Positions 1 to 17,293 are shown, counted from the first letter of the stretch. The stretch: 64,000 bases of DNA from the human T2T-CHM13v2.0 reference genome, Homo sapiens (GCF_009914755.1 NC_060938.1), one strand, 5' to 3'. A program made the numbers and translations. Notes: generated from the letters alone by a model not told the origin.

Positions 1-1230
1 AACTTGTTTTTTCTCTCTACCCTTACACACCATGCAACAAAGCACTTCTGACACCATGTTGGTTATGGGGGTTCCCCACACATCAGGCAGTTCTCCAGCA
101 GACACCAATTCATTTCTCACACTATCCACCCGGAGACAGCATCAGATCACACAGGCTGGGGGCTCAATCCATCCCACAAGAGGACCTCTACTTCAGATGC
201 CAATCATCAGTAGTAGGTTGCTACCTATACTTCTCCTTTTTTTTTTTTTTGAGACAGAGTCTTGCTCTGTCGCCTAGGCTGGAGTACAATAGCATGATCT
301 CGGCTCACTGCAAACTCGGCTTCCTGAGTTCAAGCGATTCTCCTGCCTCAGCCTCCTGAGTAGCTGGGATTACACGCATGTGCCACCACACCCGGCTAAT
401 TCTTTGTATTTTTAGTAGAGGAGGGGTTTCACCATGTTGCCCAGGGTGGTCTCGAACGCCTGACTTCAGGTCATCTGCCCGCCTCGGCCTCCCACAGTGC
501 TGGGATTACAGGCGTGAGCCACTGCGCCCCGCTGGTACACTTCTGGCTGATAGGCTATAAATCAAGGGATCCTTTGATACCTTTCTTGGGTTCAATTAAT
601 TTGCTAGAGTGGCTCACAGAACTCAAGAAAACACTTTACTCATGTTTACCAGTTTATTAATAAAGGATATAATGAAGGATACAGATAAACAGCCAGATGG
701 AAGAGGTGCCTAAGGCATGGTATAGGAAGGGGCCTGGGGCTTCCCTGCTCTCTCTAGGTGGTGGAACCCCCAGGCTTTCAGCAATCCAGAAGCTCTCTGA
801 GCCCTGTCTTTTGGGTTTTTTTATGGAGACTTCATTATGTAGTCATGATTGATTATGTAATTGGCCATTGGCGATCAACTCAACCTTCAGCTTCTGTCCC
901 CTCCCCCAGAGGTTGGGGGTGTGTGTTGGAGGTAGGGGTGGTACTGAAAGTTCCAACCTTTTAATCACATAGTTGGTTCCCCTGGCAACCAGCCCTCATC
1001 CTGAGGCTACTCAGGATCCCACCTAGAGTTGCCTTCTTAGAACTAAAGATGCTCCTATCACTCAGGAAATTACAAAGGGCTTAGGAGCTCTGTGTCAGGA
1101 ACTGGTCAAAAATCAAGTATTAGAACAAAAGACTCTCCTAGCTAGCACTCCTATCTACAAGGGTATTAAGAGCTCTGTCTCAGGAACTACAGCAGAGATC
1201 AAGTATATATTTATTATATCACAATATCAT
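1..1230. mobile_element. MER21-type LTR interrupted by an Alu
   Basis: motifs cttcagatgccaatca, gctcacagaactca, ending atcacaatatcata. Confidence 0.7.
237..531 (-). mobile_element. AluS
   Basis: poly(T) then Alu consensus reverse complement. Confidence 0.9.
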
Positions 1231-1700
1231 AGATACTTACCAAATAACCCTCAGGAAAGATTTTACCCACTTCAGTGCCTCTTCTGATATTTGCTGCATC
1301 CATAGCAAAATGGGTCAGCTTAAGAGAAGAAGCCCAGTGGGATTGTCTGTCCCCAAGAGCCCACCTGTGATTCCATTCACACCTCTAAGTCATTTTCATG
1401 TGAGCTCAAGGATTACGTGGAGAAAAAGAGAGGACAGAAATGTCAGTTACAATGTAAAGTGTGAAAAGAGAGTATTTGAGGCGAAAGATTTGGAGAGGTT
1501 TTTGATTAAGTGGTAGATTTTGTACCTGTTTTTATATGTGGTACATCCATTATTGAAAATTGTTACTTTTTTTCTTAGAGGAAATAACCATCCTTTAGTA
1601 GCTATTCAGGCATTTCATTAATTGTTGCAATAAAACTGTTTCATTTTATTCATAGAAGAGCAGGATAAAGAAACAATTATATTTTGACGTTCTCTTTTAG

Positions 1701-1869
1701 GCTTCTTCAGAAAGTTCAGAAAAATAAAGAATTGGTGCAGACTGAAATCCAAGAAAGACATTCCTTCACAAAAGAGATAATTGCTTTGAAGAATTTCTTT
1801 CAACAGACCACAACTTCATTCCAAAATATGGCATTCCAGGATCACCCAGAAAAGTCAGAACAATTTGAG
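1701..1869 (+). CDS. SYNE2: nesprin-2 exon (window exon 1), LLQKVQKNKELV...SEQFE
   Basis: tctcttttag|G ... GAG|gtaagt; 169 bp, phase 2 to 0. Confidence 0.93.
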
Positions 1870-2347
1870 GTAAGTGAGGAATGAATTAGTGAATGTGGCA
1901 GGTACAGGCCCACAGTCTTGTATCCAAAGTCCTTGGGGTAGAGATAACTCAGTGGCTGGGTTTGGGGGAGCGGTCTGGGGAGAGAGAGAGAGGCATAGGC
2001 AAAGGCCCTGTGGCATGGTATGGGCAGAACCAAGGGAGAAGATCAGTGTGGCTGGAGAGCAGAGAACAGAGTTGAAACAAGGCTGGAAGGTAGGCCAGTC
2101 TGGACCAAGCAGCCTTCTTTCAACTATGTTTCCAGTGTGTTTGGTGAACAAGGGCCTCAGACCACTCTTAAGTAGTATGTTACATTACTCCTTTAGTAGG
2201 ACATGGCGCCTTGTCTCTGACAGGGTCTATGTACACCCTACAGGTCATCTGGAATCTCATTTCTTCAGAAGAATCTCCTCTTTCATTCCAGTCCAATAGT
2301 GACAGCCCAAAAGTATGTTTGGAAGTTTATTCAAAAGTCACGTGTTG

Positions 2348-2625
2348 GCCGGACATGGTGGCTCACACCTATAATCCCAGCACTTTGAGAGGTCCAGGCA
2401 GGCAGATCACTTGGGGTCAGGAGGTCAAGACCAGCCTGGCCAACATGGGGAAACTCCGTCTCTACTAAAAATACAAAAATTAGCCAGGCATGGTAGCGTG
2501 TGCCTATAATCCCAGCTACTGGGATGCTGAGGCAGGAGAATCACTTGGACCCAGTAGGTGGTGGTTGTAGTAAGCCGAGATCGTGCCGCTGCAATCCAGC
2601 CTGGCTCCATCTCAAAAAAAAAAAA
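2348..2625 (+). mobile_element. Alu
   Basis: Alu consensus, A-tail, TSD aaagtcac. Confidence 0.9.
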
Positions 2626-3676
2626 GTCACATGCTGTCTAAACAGAACTTTTGGTTATTATATTGGAAAGTAAAGAAGCAGTCTTCATGGGGAAGCCTTC
2701 TAAGTGTACCTCTGAATGAAAGCCTGTACTCCTGGACTAGGTGTAGATAAAACGGGATGACACTTACTTATTAAACCCCATCTTTGAATGGCATTGTTCT
2801 CTAACTTTCTCTCTCTAGATTTGTCCTCTGCTGAGGATTAAGAAAAGGAAAACAATGACACATTACAGAGTCATTTAAAATTGTAATCATTCTTCAGTAC
2901 AGTGACTCAATCCATGAACACAAATAATGCTACTGAACAGCTACTGTAAAAACAAAACAAACAACAAAAAAGCCACAGTCAAGTCAAGAAGTATTTTTCC
3001 ACTTGATCTTTGGGAAACTTTCCCATACAAATGAGTTTCTCCTTTATAATTACTGCAGGAGAAGGTAGATCAGATTTGGTTTCTAGGCCACAACCAATAG
3101 ACTATTTGTTCAGGTTTCTTTTATCTCCTAAAAACCTACATTCTTTGTATGGAACTGGAACCTTCCCTTTTGAAAGCAGTTGAGCTCTGCAGGGCTGTCT
3201 AATTACATGAAAGTAGACACTTCTGCTCCAAGTGTGGGGCTTTTAGTGGCCTTAAATCATTGTGATGATAATGGAGGAAGAAGTAGAAATAGCAACACGT
3301 TAAAACAACAACAAAAAACTTCTTTGAAACTTTTTTTTTTTTTTTTTGCTGCTTGCAGCTTTTTAGATCAGGACTGCAATGGAGATACAATTAAATCCTA
3401 AAGGTACTTTAGAAGCAGGGGGTGTTGTAATGTCTTTTCTAGATAATGGTGTGACACTATGAAGAGATATCAAGTTTAATTCTTACAAATTAGAAAGCAT
3501 CATCTGACTAAACTGAGTGTCTCTGGGGCTTAATCAGCTTGTATCACTAGTGGGGTTTTGTCATGCAAACTGCACTCCTTTAAATCATAAGGATGTGCTG
3601 GAAGGCTGCTTTCACTTTTTAGAATTAAACTTTTCCCCCAGTCTCGTGAGTATTGCAACTCTCTTAATGCTTTTAG

Positions 3677-3832
3677 GAGCTTCAAAGCATCCTTAAGAAA
3701 GGGAAACTAACTTTTGAGAATATTATGGAAAAACTGCGAATCAAGTATTCCGAAATGTACACCATAGTCCCTGCAGAGATTGAATCCCAGGTGGAAGAAT
3801 GCAGAAAAGCTTTAGAAGACATAGATGAGAAG
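3677..3832 (+). CDS. SYNE2: nesprin-2 exon 2 of window, ELQSILKKGK...EDIDEK
   Basis: ttttag| ... AAG|gtaata; 156 bp, open, phase 0-0. Confidence 0.93.
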
Positions 3833-6195
3833 GTAATAATAATGTCTGTACTACTGTTATTATTTACGGAGCTGAATGACTATCAAGAGGAAAATATCAT
3901 TTAATGTCAAATTCCATTTGCCAGGATTTCAGCTATAACTTCTTTTAAGAGTTAAGTGACCATCGTGTCTATTGAATGCTAAGATAAAGATGCTCTAAAT
4001 ATGTGACATAAGATAACAGAATTAGATGATTTATATGTATTTAATTGTCAAAATGCTTATTCTTCTCTTGCATTTTATAATACAGTTATATAATATTTTT
4101 TACTGGTTTTGTTTGCTTTTGTACAACCACTGTACAACCACTTGAACATTTTGGATGTTAATACTTTGCTTTAAAATACATTCTTTGAAACATTTTGACA
4201 TTACAACTAAGGCAATAAGAATACAAATTTCACAACTCACTAGGAATAGCACTTAGTATGTAGTGTCTGTCTAACGATGATGTTAACAGAATTCTCATGA
4301 AAAGTACCTGAGCAAATCTTTATACCTGAAAGTCCAGATTTAAAGAAAAGGTGGAAAATATTTTATAATACTAGAAACATAGGAGCTTAGCAAGATATTT
4401 TGATTAGATTGTAGAAAGACAGCCCATATCAAACAGAAGAAAATTCTGTTTGGTCTGGTATCCACAGAAGGATTTTTTTTTTTTTTTTTTGTCTAGAATA
4501 CTTACAACTTGATAAATAAAATAGATCTTAAACACAAAAAATTCAGATTTCAAACTTAGTTGCTAGAATATGTCATTAATTCTATGACAGATTTCTCAGG
4601 AAAATCTCACATGTAAAAAACATGTAAACTCTTAACGTATATTTATAACAAATCTTTTTTAGTTAACACACAAGAAAACCTATTTCGTACTTTCTCAAGG
4701 ATCTCGTTACTATTGATTTTATTTCAGGAAAATACTAAATATTTTGAGAGAAACTAAATGTTATGCTCATGAATACTTATGAAAATCCCTAGCAGAGTAA
4801 ATTAATAATCAAAATCAGTCGTTCAAATTCAAGGTAGAAAATTTCCGCTATGACCCTCTATATTTGTAACAAACAGCAACCAATTTTTATTGTGTGATAC
4901 AGCTAAAGGAAGTTCAAGGATCCCGGGGGACAGACATAGTAACATTGTGTATAATTCAAATGGCTACATATGTTTCCTAAATCATGATCTGTCCTAATGT
5001 ATCTCAATGGTATACATTTCTGCCAGGAGAATAAGTGCTCAAAATATCAGAAAACTTTTCTTGTGGTAATTTGTGACACAGCCAGCCATGAAAAGCTAAT
5101 ATGGAACCAAAGTGGGATTTTTTTTTTTCTAATAATATTGACTGCAGTATGGTCTGGGGAATAAAGACATGATATAAAAGTATCAAGGCCTGATATTGTG
5201 AATAGAGCCTGGGACTCAATCTAGGGACTTGGGCGCTTCTTGGGACAAGTTCAGCTACTTCCTTGACATATGACTGTAGCAAGTCATTTAGTCTGTGTTA
5301 CAGTTTCAGCATCTGTATACTGTCTGCACAGGATGATTTTAGTCTCAATGGTTATACAGATAGAGTTGTTTTTTTTTTAATTTACAAAACAAAGGATTAT
5401 ACAAAAGCATAAAGTATTATTTGGTTATTTAGTAGCTGCTTGGAGAAAGCCTTATCAAATAGCAAAACAAGAACACACATCAGTCAGGTATTTGGAAAGT
5501 GATACATTCAACATTCATTTATTATCTTTCCTAGCTCAAGGTTTTTTTTGTTTCTTTTTAAGAGAATCGTTTAGATAAAAAAAAATTACGCTGTTCAGTA
5601 GCTAAGTTTCTGATGGCTGGGAAAACATCTACAAATGGTTACACAGAGAATAATTAAGCTCTGTGCATCCTCAAGAAATAGCAATTTTAGAAGGTTGTTT
5701 CACCCAAATGAATACTATGATTGGAATTACATTTTTTTAAAAAAGTCAGCTTGAGAGTAAGTTTGGTTTTACTGAAAACAGATCTATGCAGATAGATTCT
5801 CATAAAATGGAAAGATTGTATAAAAATAATTTATCCCCCAGGAATTCATTTATATCATTTGATCCATATGGAAATGTTTCACACAATCCACTCAGTAATT
5901 TTGCCCAACACAGCATATATCTGTAATACATGTTACAATACATGTATTACAGTACAAATAAAAAACCAATTTTTATTTTATTTAAGATGAGATTTAAAAG
6001 GTGAAGTAAACACACCTGCCATTTATTAGTCTTCCTATCCACCTTCTCATTAATGCATTTGCCAGAATTTCTTCCCCCAGCCCTTAAAAAATTTTTACAA
6101 GTTAAAACAGAGTGACTACCACTTTTGTTGTTCGAACCTATGAATAAAGTGCAGACAACCTCTCTAAGCCAAATGCGTCTTTGTCTCTTTCACAG

Positions 6196-6336
6196 ATTAG
6201 CAATGAAGTCTTAAAAAGCTCACCATCATATGCAATGAGGAGAAAAATAGAAGAAATTAACAATGGGCTTCATAATGTTGAAAAGATGTTGCAGCAGAAA
6301 AGCAAAAATATTGAGAAAGCTCAAGAAATTCAAAAG
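6196..6336 (+). CDS. SYNE2: nesprin-2 exon 3 of window, ISNEVLK...AQEIQK
   Basis: tttcacag| ... AAG|gtaaaa; 141 bp. Confidence 0.93.
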
Positions 6337-6519
6337 GTAAAATCCTCCTTTAACTCCCTTCAGCATTTGGTACTTCTGACCCACTCCTGCCTTGTTCATC
6401 AGTCACCACAGGGTGAGTTCTTTGAATTAATCTGAAGCACAGAAATTGTAAACCAAATCCACAGGGGCATCACCTAGAGAGGCTTGATAGGGAAAGTTGC
6501 ATTTAAAAATTATTCTCTT

Positions 6520-6809
6520 GGCCAGGTGCGGTGACCCACGCCTGTAATCCCAGCACTTTGGGAGGCCAAGGTGGGATGATCACTTGAGCCTAGGAGTTTG
6601 AGACCAGCCTGGCCAACATGGCAAAACCCCATCTCTACTAAAAATACAAATATTAGCTGGGTGTGGTGGCACAAGACTGCAATTCTAGCTACTCGGGAGG
6701 CTGAGGCACGAAAATCACTTGAACCCAGGAGATGGAGGTTGCAATGAGCCGAGATCATGTCACTGCACTCCAGTGTGGGTGACAGAGTGAGACTCTGTCT
6801 CAAAAAAAT
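6520..6809 (+). mobile_element. Alu
   Basis: Alu consensus. Confidence 0.9.
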
Positions 6810-7432
6810 AATTCTGTTTTTCCATGGTGGGCATATACCCAAACTTCTGAGAGCCTGTGATTGTGAACTAGCATTTTCACAAGTAAAGGAAAGTAAGGAT
6901 CTTATCTTGGGGATACTGATACTAAAAATCATTCAATAGAATATGAAAAATATTAAAGCTCTTTTTTAGACTGCAAAGGTTAAATAAAAATAAAAATTCC
7001 AAATTTATTTCCCTTGTAAAATATCTTACAAAATAAAATCTTAGGCAAAACTGTACATAAACACTATTCTCCTTCTTAATTCGCAAGTAAACTCCAGCAT
7101 AGGGAAAGGATTCTTGTTCTAATCTATGTCTTAAGGAAATGTTTTAATAATTTGGGGCTTTTAAAATAGGTCAGAGTATGGCTCACTATTGGACAAATCT
7201 TAAGCAGAGGAACCTAATTTAACAAGTTAGATTTTCCTAGTCCTCAAGATAGGGAAAAAAATGTTCTTAAGCAAACATTAAGAATTGAATATTTTACCTT
7301 TGAAATTTTCCTCTGCCCAGCGAAGTTCAGATTTGAATCCAACCTATTGGTTTCTTGAGTCAAAAGCAGTTGCTCCTAATACATGTTTCTAGAGCTTTCT
7401 GCCTCTGCATTCATCCCAAGTCAGCAGATAAT

Positions 7433-7719
7433 TTTCTTTTCTTTTTTTAAATTTTTGAGATAGGGTCTCACCCTGTCACCCAAGCTGGAGTGCAGTGGTG
7501 TGATCAAAACTCACTTCAGCCTTGACCTCCCTGGCTCAATTGATCCTCCCACCTCAGTCTCCCAAGTAGATGAGACTGCAGGTGTGCGCCACTACACCTG
7601 GCTAAGTTTTGTAGAGACGGTGTTTCCCTGTGTTGTCCAGGCTGGTCTTGAACTCCTGGCCTCAAGCAGCCCACACACCTTGGCCTCCAAAATTGTGTGA
7701 GCCACTGCACCCAGCCCAG
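7433..7719 (-). mobile_element. AluJ
   Basis: diverged Alu consensus. Confidence 0.85.
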
Positions 7720-7774
7720 ATATTTTTCTTTGTTTTATTTTTTCACTTGAAATTATTTTGTAGATTAAGAGAGC

Positions 7775-7812
7775 GTGTGTGTGTGTGTGTGTGTGCGCGT
7801 GCGTGTGTGTGT
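7775..7812. repeat. (TG)n microsatellite
   Basis: direct reading. Confidence 0.9.
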
Positions 7813-8185
7813 ATGAACTAGTGTAAATAGGTTCAAGTCTTTCCCCAAGCCCTTTTTAAACAGAATGTTTTGCTTGTCACTCTTGAGAGATGAGGGCTAT
7901 ATTGACCTTGTTTGTGTCAGTCATCTCTAAAAATGTCCAGGTCTTTCTGTTCCCCTACAGCTAATTTGTAGTGAAATGAATACAGTTGTAGTTAGGAGAG
8001 CTCAGGAAAAGTGTTTTTCAGTTTAGATCACAAATTGCTGGGTATAAATTAACAACTGTTCATGTGATGTTGTTTCTGTGATGTTTTAGTAGCATTTATA
8101 AATGTAAATACTGTGTGAAAACCAGGCATTGCCTCCATAAACTATGACCTCTTCATTCAAGTTGACTTACGATTTCCTTCTCCAG

Positions 8186-8368
8186 AAAATGTGGGACGAG
8201 TTAGATCTATGGCATTCCAAACTAAATGAGCTGGATTCTGAAGTTCAGGACATTGTTGAACAGGACCCAGGACAGGCTCAAGAATGGATGGATAACTTGA
8301 TGATTCCTTTCCAGCAGTATCAGCAAGTATCACAGAGAGCAGAGTGTAGAACCTCACAGTTGAATAAG
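8186..8368 (+). CDS. SYNE2: nesprin-2 exon 4 of window, KMWDELDLW...TSQLNK
   Basis: ttctccag| ... AAG|gtatgg; 183 bp. Confidence 0.94.
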
Positions 8369-9172
8369 GTATGGCTGTGACTCGTAATAGCTTCATATCA
8401 TGTGGTGGTATTGAGATGGTGTTAAAGCAAAACAATATATTCAGAAACAGTCAGTTTCTGTTGAATTATCAGTTTTGGACTTGAAGCTGGGGCCATGGTA
8501 GGCTTGTGTGGGTGCTGAGGAGACAGATTTCAATGCTAGTGCAGGCAGGAAGTCTGATTGGGCAGACAGAACCAAGAATCCAGAAGTTGACCACAGCAAG
8601 AGCCAGGCAAACTGTTGGGAAGTCCAGGCTCCCCAACAGGTGGATAAAGACCAGTAATGGGAATTTAGGGCAGGTGGTCTCAGGAGTCTAGTAAGGGAGA
8701 CAACAATGAGAAAGACTGTCATTCGGGGAAAAGATACCCTCTCTACCCTCCTTCCAAATAGGAGCTGTGGTTGGCTGAGTTGTGTCTGTGATTTAGCAAG
8801 AGTGAGGCAGCATCCTAGTCTTAGAAGAACTGTAGGGCAAGGTCCTGAACAGGAGGACAAAGTACAGTCCAGTTTTTAAAATGAAGCATAAAATGAGAAC
8901 CAGAATACTTGCAAGGCTAACCCAGAACTTTGCTGAGGCCCATAACGTTGGAGTAGAACTGATTAAATCCTTTCCACCTATGGTCAGAGTTAGTCTTAAA
9001 AGTCAGAAGTGTCATAGCCTAGAGCAGGTGAATAAGTAGCCCCAGCCATGGGGAGCAGACATCTGCAAGGCCTGACACACCCCTGACTAACAGCTATTGA
9101 CTCTTCATCTAGGAGTCATTCAGCTCCAGTAAAAGGCATCTGAGTAAGTTTGGTCCTGCATCTCTTTCCCAG

Positions 9173-9310
9173 GCCACAGTTAAGATGGAGGAATATAGTG
9201 ACCTTCTGAAGAGCACTGAGGCTTGGATAGAAAATACCAGTCATTTGCTGGCCAATCCTGCTGACTATGACTCTTTGAGGACACTGAGTCACCATGCTAG
9301 CACTGTGCAG
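9173..9310 (+). CDS. SYNE2: nesprin-2 exon 5 of window, ATVKMEEY...ASTVQ
   Basis: tttcccag| ... CAG|gtaagt; 138 bp. Confidence 0.93.
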
Positions 9311-9588
9311 GTAAGTGTTCTTCCAGGTTTTCTGCCACTCATAGCATCTACATAAAGATTCGTGGCTTAGCTGATTGTCTTGGTGCTTTTTTCCTCCTTT
9401 CCTGAAATACAACCTTACCGCTAACCATGTGAGTGGCAGAAGGAAGCTTGAGAGAGTGGCAAGCAGTAGACATGGATTTTGGAGACCAGGATTCAGCTCT
9501 TACTGTCCTGATAACTACTTTATGACTTTTTGGATAATTTAGTATATCTTCTATGGACCTCAGTTTCTCCCCATGAAATAAGAATGTG

Positions 9589-10512
<924 letters not shown>

Positions 10513-11648
10513 CATGGTTCCTTCCACTTCTAACACACCATGATTCCAAATTTCCTGTCCTTGCTGGTACTCCACACATGCCCCACGTGTCCATGCTGGC
10601 TTACAAAGTCAAAACAAATGAAAGTGTTTTCCCACTTGAGGTCTCGGCTGCAAAACATCTTCCGGATGCTGAGTACTAGGGAAGTTGCATTGCGCAGGTG
10701 TGTTTCCCTTCTCTTATTCTGCCATGAGAAGGAATCCCTTAGAGAAAAGCTTATTTGGTAACAGTGTTTACAGAATCAGACTTCCAAGGTGATTCAGCTC
10801 CTTTTTTTATCTTTGGAATGGCACAGTGTGTTCCTAAGTGAGCTGCTGACCTCAGACCTCCCTGACGTTTGAGAATCGTTGGCATATTTTTTTCTTACGG
10901 TAACAGTTGTAAAGATGCTGCATTTCTACCCATTTTTTTTGCTTTTCTTCCCCTTGCTTGTGATTTTTTTTGCCTTCCCCCACTTGGATTAACTTTCCAC
11001 ATCCCCAAAGTTTGTCATTTTTAAACTCTTTATCACCTCCCTGATTCACTATTTTTGAGGACTTTACCAAGACAAGAGAGAGGAATGATGCTTTTTTTTT
11101 TTCCTTCAAATGCTTATTATGAGTTAAAAAAAAAAAACTGTACAAAAGTGAGCTCAGGCAAAAGCAGCTGGGATTTTGCTACCTTCTACTGATACACATG
11201 TAAAAATGTAAAAGCATCTCTCAAACTTCAGGACATTCTAAATTGCTAGACTTTCTTTCTGAGCTAGAACTGAGGAAAGGAAGTAGGGACAAGGAAGGCT
11301 CGGGTTTATTTCTATGTGTCCCGATGTGTCCTAATCTCCTCCTGGGAAGTAAGTCCCAAATAACTAGTCCTATGTGAAATCCTCATTTGTGCAATAATCT
11401 TACTTTTAGGATGCCCTTTTCCATTTTCTAGCATATTCAGGTATTAGTTTTTATATTGACTTTTAAAGAAGTGTCAGAACTCTCAACTAAGCTTTAAATG
11501 TTTGTTTTAATTGCACTATACCCTTCTACCTGGATTGCATTTGTTAAAACAGGTCTTTGTAACCTAAAGATAATTCCACAAATACTACTGTTGTAAGAAT
11601 AACTGAAACATACATTCATAAAATGACATTATAAAAATAGAAAACTAA

Positions 11649-11946
<298 letters not shown>

Positions 11947-11962
11947 TGTTTTTTAAATCAAA

Positions 11963-11968
11963 TTTATT
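11963..11968 (-). terminator. candidate polyA signal (AATAAA) for the ESR2 beta3 terminal exon, from an L1 3' end
   Basis: plus-strand tttatt; first canonical minus-strand AATAAA I see downstream of the beta3 stop. Confidence 0.6.
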
Positions 11969-12639
11969 GAGGTATAATTTACATACAGTAAAAATATTAA
12001 TACACCTATTTTAAGTAGCAGTTAGGTAAGTTTTGATAAAAGTGCAGTTGTGTAACCACCACCGCCATCAATATAAGGAACATCTCCATCTCCCAAGACG
12101 TTTCCTCCTGCCTCTTTGCAGTCAATCCCCTTTCACCTGTCTTCAACCCTAGGTGATCACTCACTGTTTCCTATTACTATAGTTTTGCCTTTTCTAGAAT
12201 ATCATATAGAGGGAATCAAACAGTATGTAGTCTTACGTGGCTCACTTGTTTCACTTAACATAATGCCTTTGAGATTAATCCAGGTTGTTACACTTAATGC
12301 ATAGTTAATTATTTGATTGCCAAGTAGTGTTCCAGTTTTGGAAATAAGTTTGGAAATGAGTAGTTTGTTTATCTACCAGTTAATAGATATTTGGGTTGCT
12401 TCCAGTTTTGAGCTATATATTAGCTATTTTTGTGTAACATATTACTCCATAAGTTAGCAGCTTGAAACAACAAACTTATTATCACAGTTTCTGTGGGTCA
12501 GGAGTCCATGGGCATGGCTTAGCTAAGTATCTCTGGCTCAAGGTCTCTCATGAGAATGCGGTCAAGGTGTCGACAAAGGCTGCAGGCTCATCTGAAGGCT
12601 CGACTTGTGTGAGGGAGGAGGTGGGATCTGCTTCCAAGC

Positions 12640-13078
<439 letters not shown>

Positions 13079-14385
13079 TAGTAAGTCTGGCCTGCATTCA
13101 AGGAAGCTGATATAAGGGTATGAATACCAGGAGGTAGGGGTCATTCAGGGCTACCTTAGAGGCTGCTACCATAGGCTATTATGAGCAAAGCTGCTGTGAA
13201 TGTTTATATATAAATCTTTGTGTAGACAAATGTTTTCATTTTATTTCAATGAATAAATACCTAAAAGTAGGATCTCTGACTTTTACGATGTGTTTAAATA
13301 AATAATAAACTGAGAAATTGTTTTCCAAAATGGCTGTATCATTTTTCTTTCCCACCAGCAACATCAGTTCTAATTGCTTCATATTTTCAACAGCGCTTAA
13401 TATTGTCTGCCTTTTAAATTTTAGCCATTTTAGTGACTTGCAGTGGTATTTCATTGTGGTTTAAACAGGTTTTCTCTAATGACTAATAATTTTGAGCATT
13501 TATTTATGTCTTTATTGGTCATTTGTACACTTCCTTTGTGAAGTATCTGTTCAATTTTTTTTGCCCATTTAAAAAATTGCATTGTCTTCTTGTTGAGTTG
13601 TAAGTTTTTTGTAAAATATTCTGAAAACCATTCTTTTGACATATATGTCATTTACAAATATTTTCTTCCAGTCTGCGGCTTGTCTTTTCATTCTTTTAAC
13701 ACTGTCTTTCAGAGAGCAAATGTTATTAATTTGATGAGGTCCAATGTATCAATATTTTCTTTTATGGATTATTCTTTTGTGTTGCATTCTAAGAAATCCT
13801 TACCTAACCCAGGGTTACAAAGATTTCTTCCTGTGTTTTCTTCCAGTAACTTGATAGTTTTAACTCTTACTCTCTTAGATCTATGATTCATTTCATGTTA
13901 ATTGTTGCATAAGGTATGATTGAAGGATCAAAGTTCTTTTTTTCCATGGGGATATCCAATTGTTTCTGCATCATTTATTGATAACAATCACCATTAAATT
14001 ACTTCGGCACTTTGTTGGAAATCAATTGACCTTATACATGTGCATCTATTTCTGGGCTCTCCCTTCTGTTCAATTAATTTATATGTCTATACTTTCACCA
14101 ATATGACAGTCTTCATTACTATAGCTTTACAGTAAGTCTTGAAATCAGGTAGCATCAATTCTACAACTTTGTCCTTTTTCAGATTTGTTTTGGCTAAATC
14201 AAGGCCTTCGTATTTCGATATAAATCTTAGAATCTGCTTGTTAATTTCTAAATAAAGGTCTGTGGGAATTTTGAGTGGGATTGCATTAGATTTGTAGATC
14301 AATTTGGAAGAGAATTAACATCTCAACCATAGTGACTATTCAATCCAGGAACATGGTATATCTCTTTATTTCTCTAGGGATTTAA

Positions 14386-14754
<369 letters not shown>

Positions 14755-15390
14755 TAAATTTATTCCTAAGTATTTTATGGTTTTTGATGCTGTTGTCAGT
14801 GATAATTGGTAAAAAAAAAAAAAAAAAAAAAAGCATTGGTTTTAAGTTTTGTTTTCCTAAAAGTTTTCTCCTATAAGGATTTTGAATAAGATTAATATAA
14901 AATTCTGAATAACCCACTTAGTTTTAGTGACTTGTGACTGAAATTCTAGTTGTGTAAGTGAATGTTCTTTCTCCTATCAGTTATTTTTTATGGAATTACC
15001 TGAAGAGTACATTATCAAGCTGAACATTTTCATTAGGTGGCTGAGCTATTTTGACATCTTAAATTTGAAAGTTATTACATGTATGAAAGGGCTTATTATG
15101 TATAATAAAAGACACTTCTCTCTCCCCTATTATTAAAGGATTCCAAGTGTTTTAGAAGTGGACCAAGACCAAATATTTATGTTTCTTATTATGTTACAGT
15201 TATACAGGTAGATACTCTGAAGTCTTTCACTGTCATTGACAATAGAGGGTGTTCTGTTTTCATTATCAAACTAGAAATGACTAGTTTAAAATGTTGAGAT
15301 AACTTTCAATTTTCTCTGATTTAAATATTAATCAGCTTATATCAGGATCTTGATGTTTCTCTCTATTTTTCCCATTCTGTGTTTATCTAG

Positions 15391-15576
15391 ATGGCTTTGG
15401 AAGATTCAGAACAGAAGCACAATCTTTTACATTCAATCTTTATGGATCTAGAAGACCTGTCAATAATTTTTGAAACAGATGAATTAACCCAATCCATACA
15501 AGAGTTAAGTAATCAAGTGACAGCTTTACAACAAAAAATAATGGAAAGCCTTCCACAGATTCAGCGAATGGCTGAT
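15391..15576 (+). CDS. SYNE2: nesprin-2 exon 6 of window, MALEDSEQ...IQRMAD
   Basis: ttatctag| ... GAT|gtaagt; 186 bp. Confidence 0.93.
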
Positions 15577-15598
15577 GTAAGTTTGCACCATTCATTTA

Positions 15599-15932
<334 letters not shown>

Positions 15933-16196
15933 CTATACAACTAATCAATGTGAAGACACATTGATCTGGTAAAATGTCATGTATGTTCTCATTTGTGGAA
16001 TTATATTTTACTTTACTTTGCAACCTGTAGTGTAACTATAACAAAAAGCATCTCCTTATTTTCAATCCAGAAGTGGTCTGTTTTAAAGAGTAAAGAATCC
16101 CGATAAAATAAGCTCAGTGTTTTCTCTTTGTCAAAGAGAAATACTACTGATTTTTAAATGCTGGATAGGAAAGAGGGAATTAAAAGAGATAGTTCT

Positions 16197-16335
16197 GGCT
16201 GGGCGTGGTGCCCAGCACGGTGGCTCACGCCTGTAATCCCAGCATTTACGGAGGCAGAGGCAGAAGGATAATGTGAGCACAGGAGTTTGAGACCTGCCTG
16301 GGTACTACAGTAAGACCCCCTTCTCCACAAAAAGG
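16197..16335 (+). mobile_element. FLAM/Alu left monomer
   Basis: monomer-length Alu-like sequence. Confidence 0.75.
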
Positions 16336-16803
16336 AATTAAAAACAAGTGTAAAACAGGTAGTCCCAAGTCTTTATTTACCAATAGCAAATATTTATTGA
16401 GGGGTTGTTATTTGCCAGCCTCTGGATTTTTATTTTGGCTTGAAACATCAGAAGCATTTATTTAAAGATAGAGTCACATAGTAGAGGCAATTAAAGTTCT
16501 TCATTATTTACATTTGTTACTCAGTTACATTCCCTACACCACACTCATGTATCTTCAGGGAATAGTAAGTGTTAAAGTAATTATTTTTGGTTACTGAAGC
16601 TCATTTCAAAATTTTTAAATGCTTCTATAATGTTTGATGAAAATTACCCTAAAATACATTGTATAATTCTATATACCTTCTTAAATAGTAGGTGCACAGA
16701 ATAATGTCCATGTAATTTAACTTTTCCTCATAATTTGAAGATATCACTATAAACAGCTATTGTACATACTGCTTCATTTTCTTATAAAGTTTTGTTGGTC
16801 CCT

Positions 16804-17140
<337 letters not shown>

Positions 17141-17293
17141 TTATTTATCTATAGTGCTTGGTTAGTTTTTCAGAGGTATAGATGGCAGACATTATTTGGC
17201 TAAATAAGAGAATAAAATTAATGCCAATAAACTGTTTTATAGATGATTAATATACAATATATATTGCATCAGCGTGTTCTTCTGAAATTCTAG

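Noticed and set aside
1050-1190. Repeated ctcctatc...gagctctgt.tcaggaact
   Set aside because: Appears to be an internal feature of the MER21-type LTR
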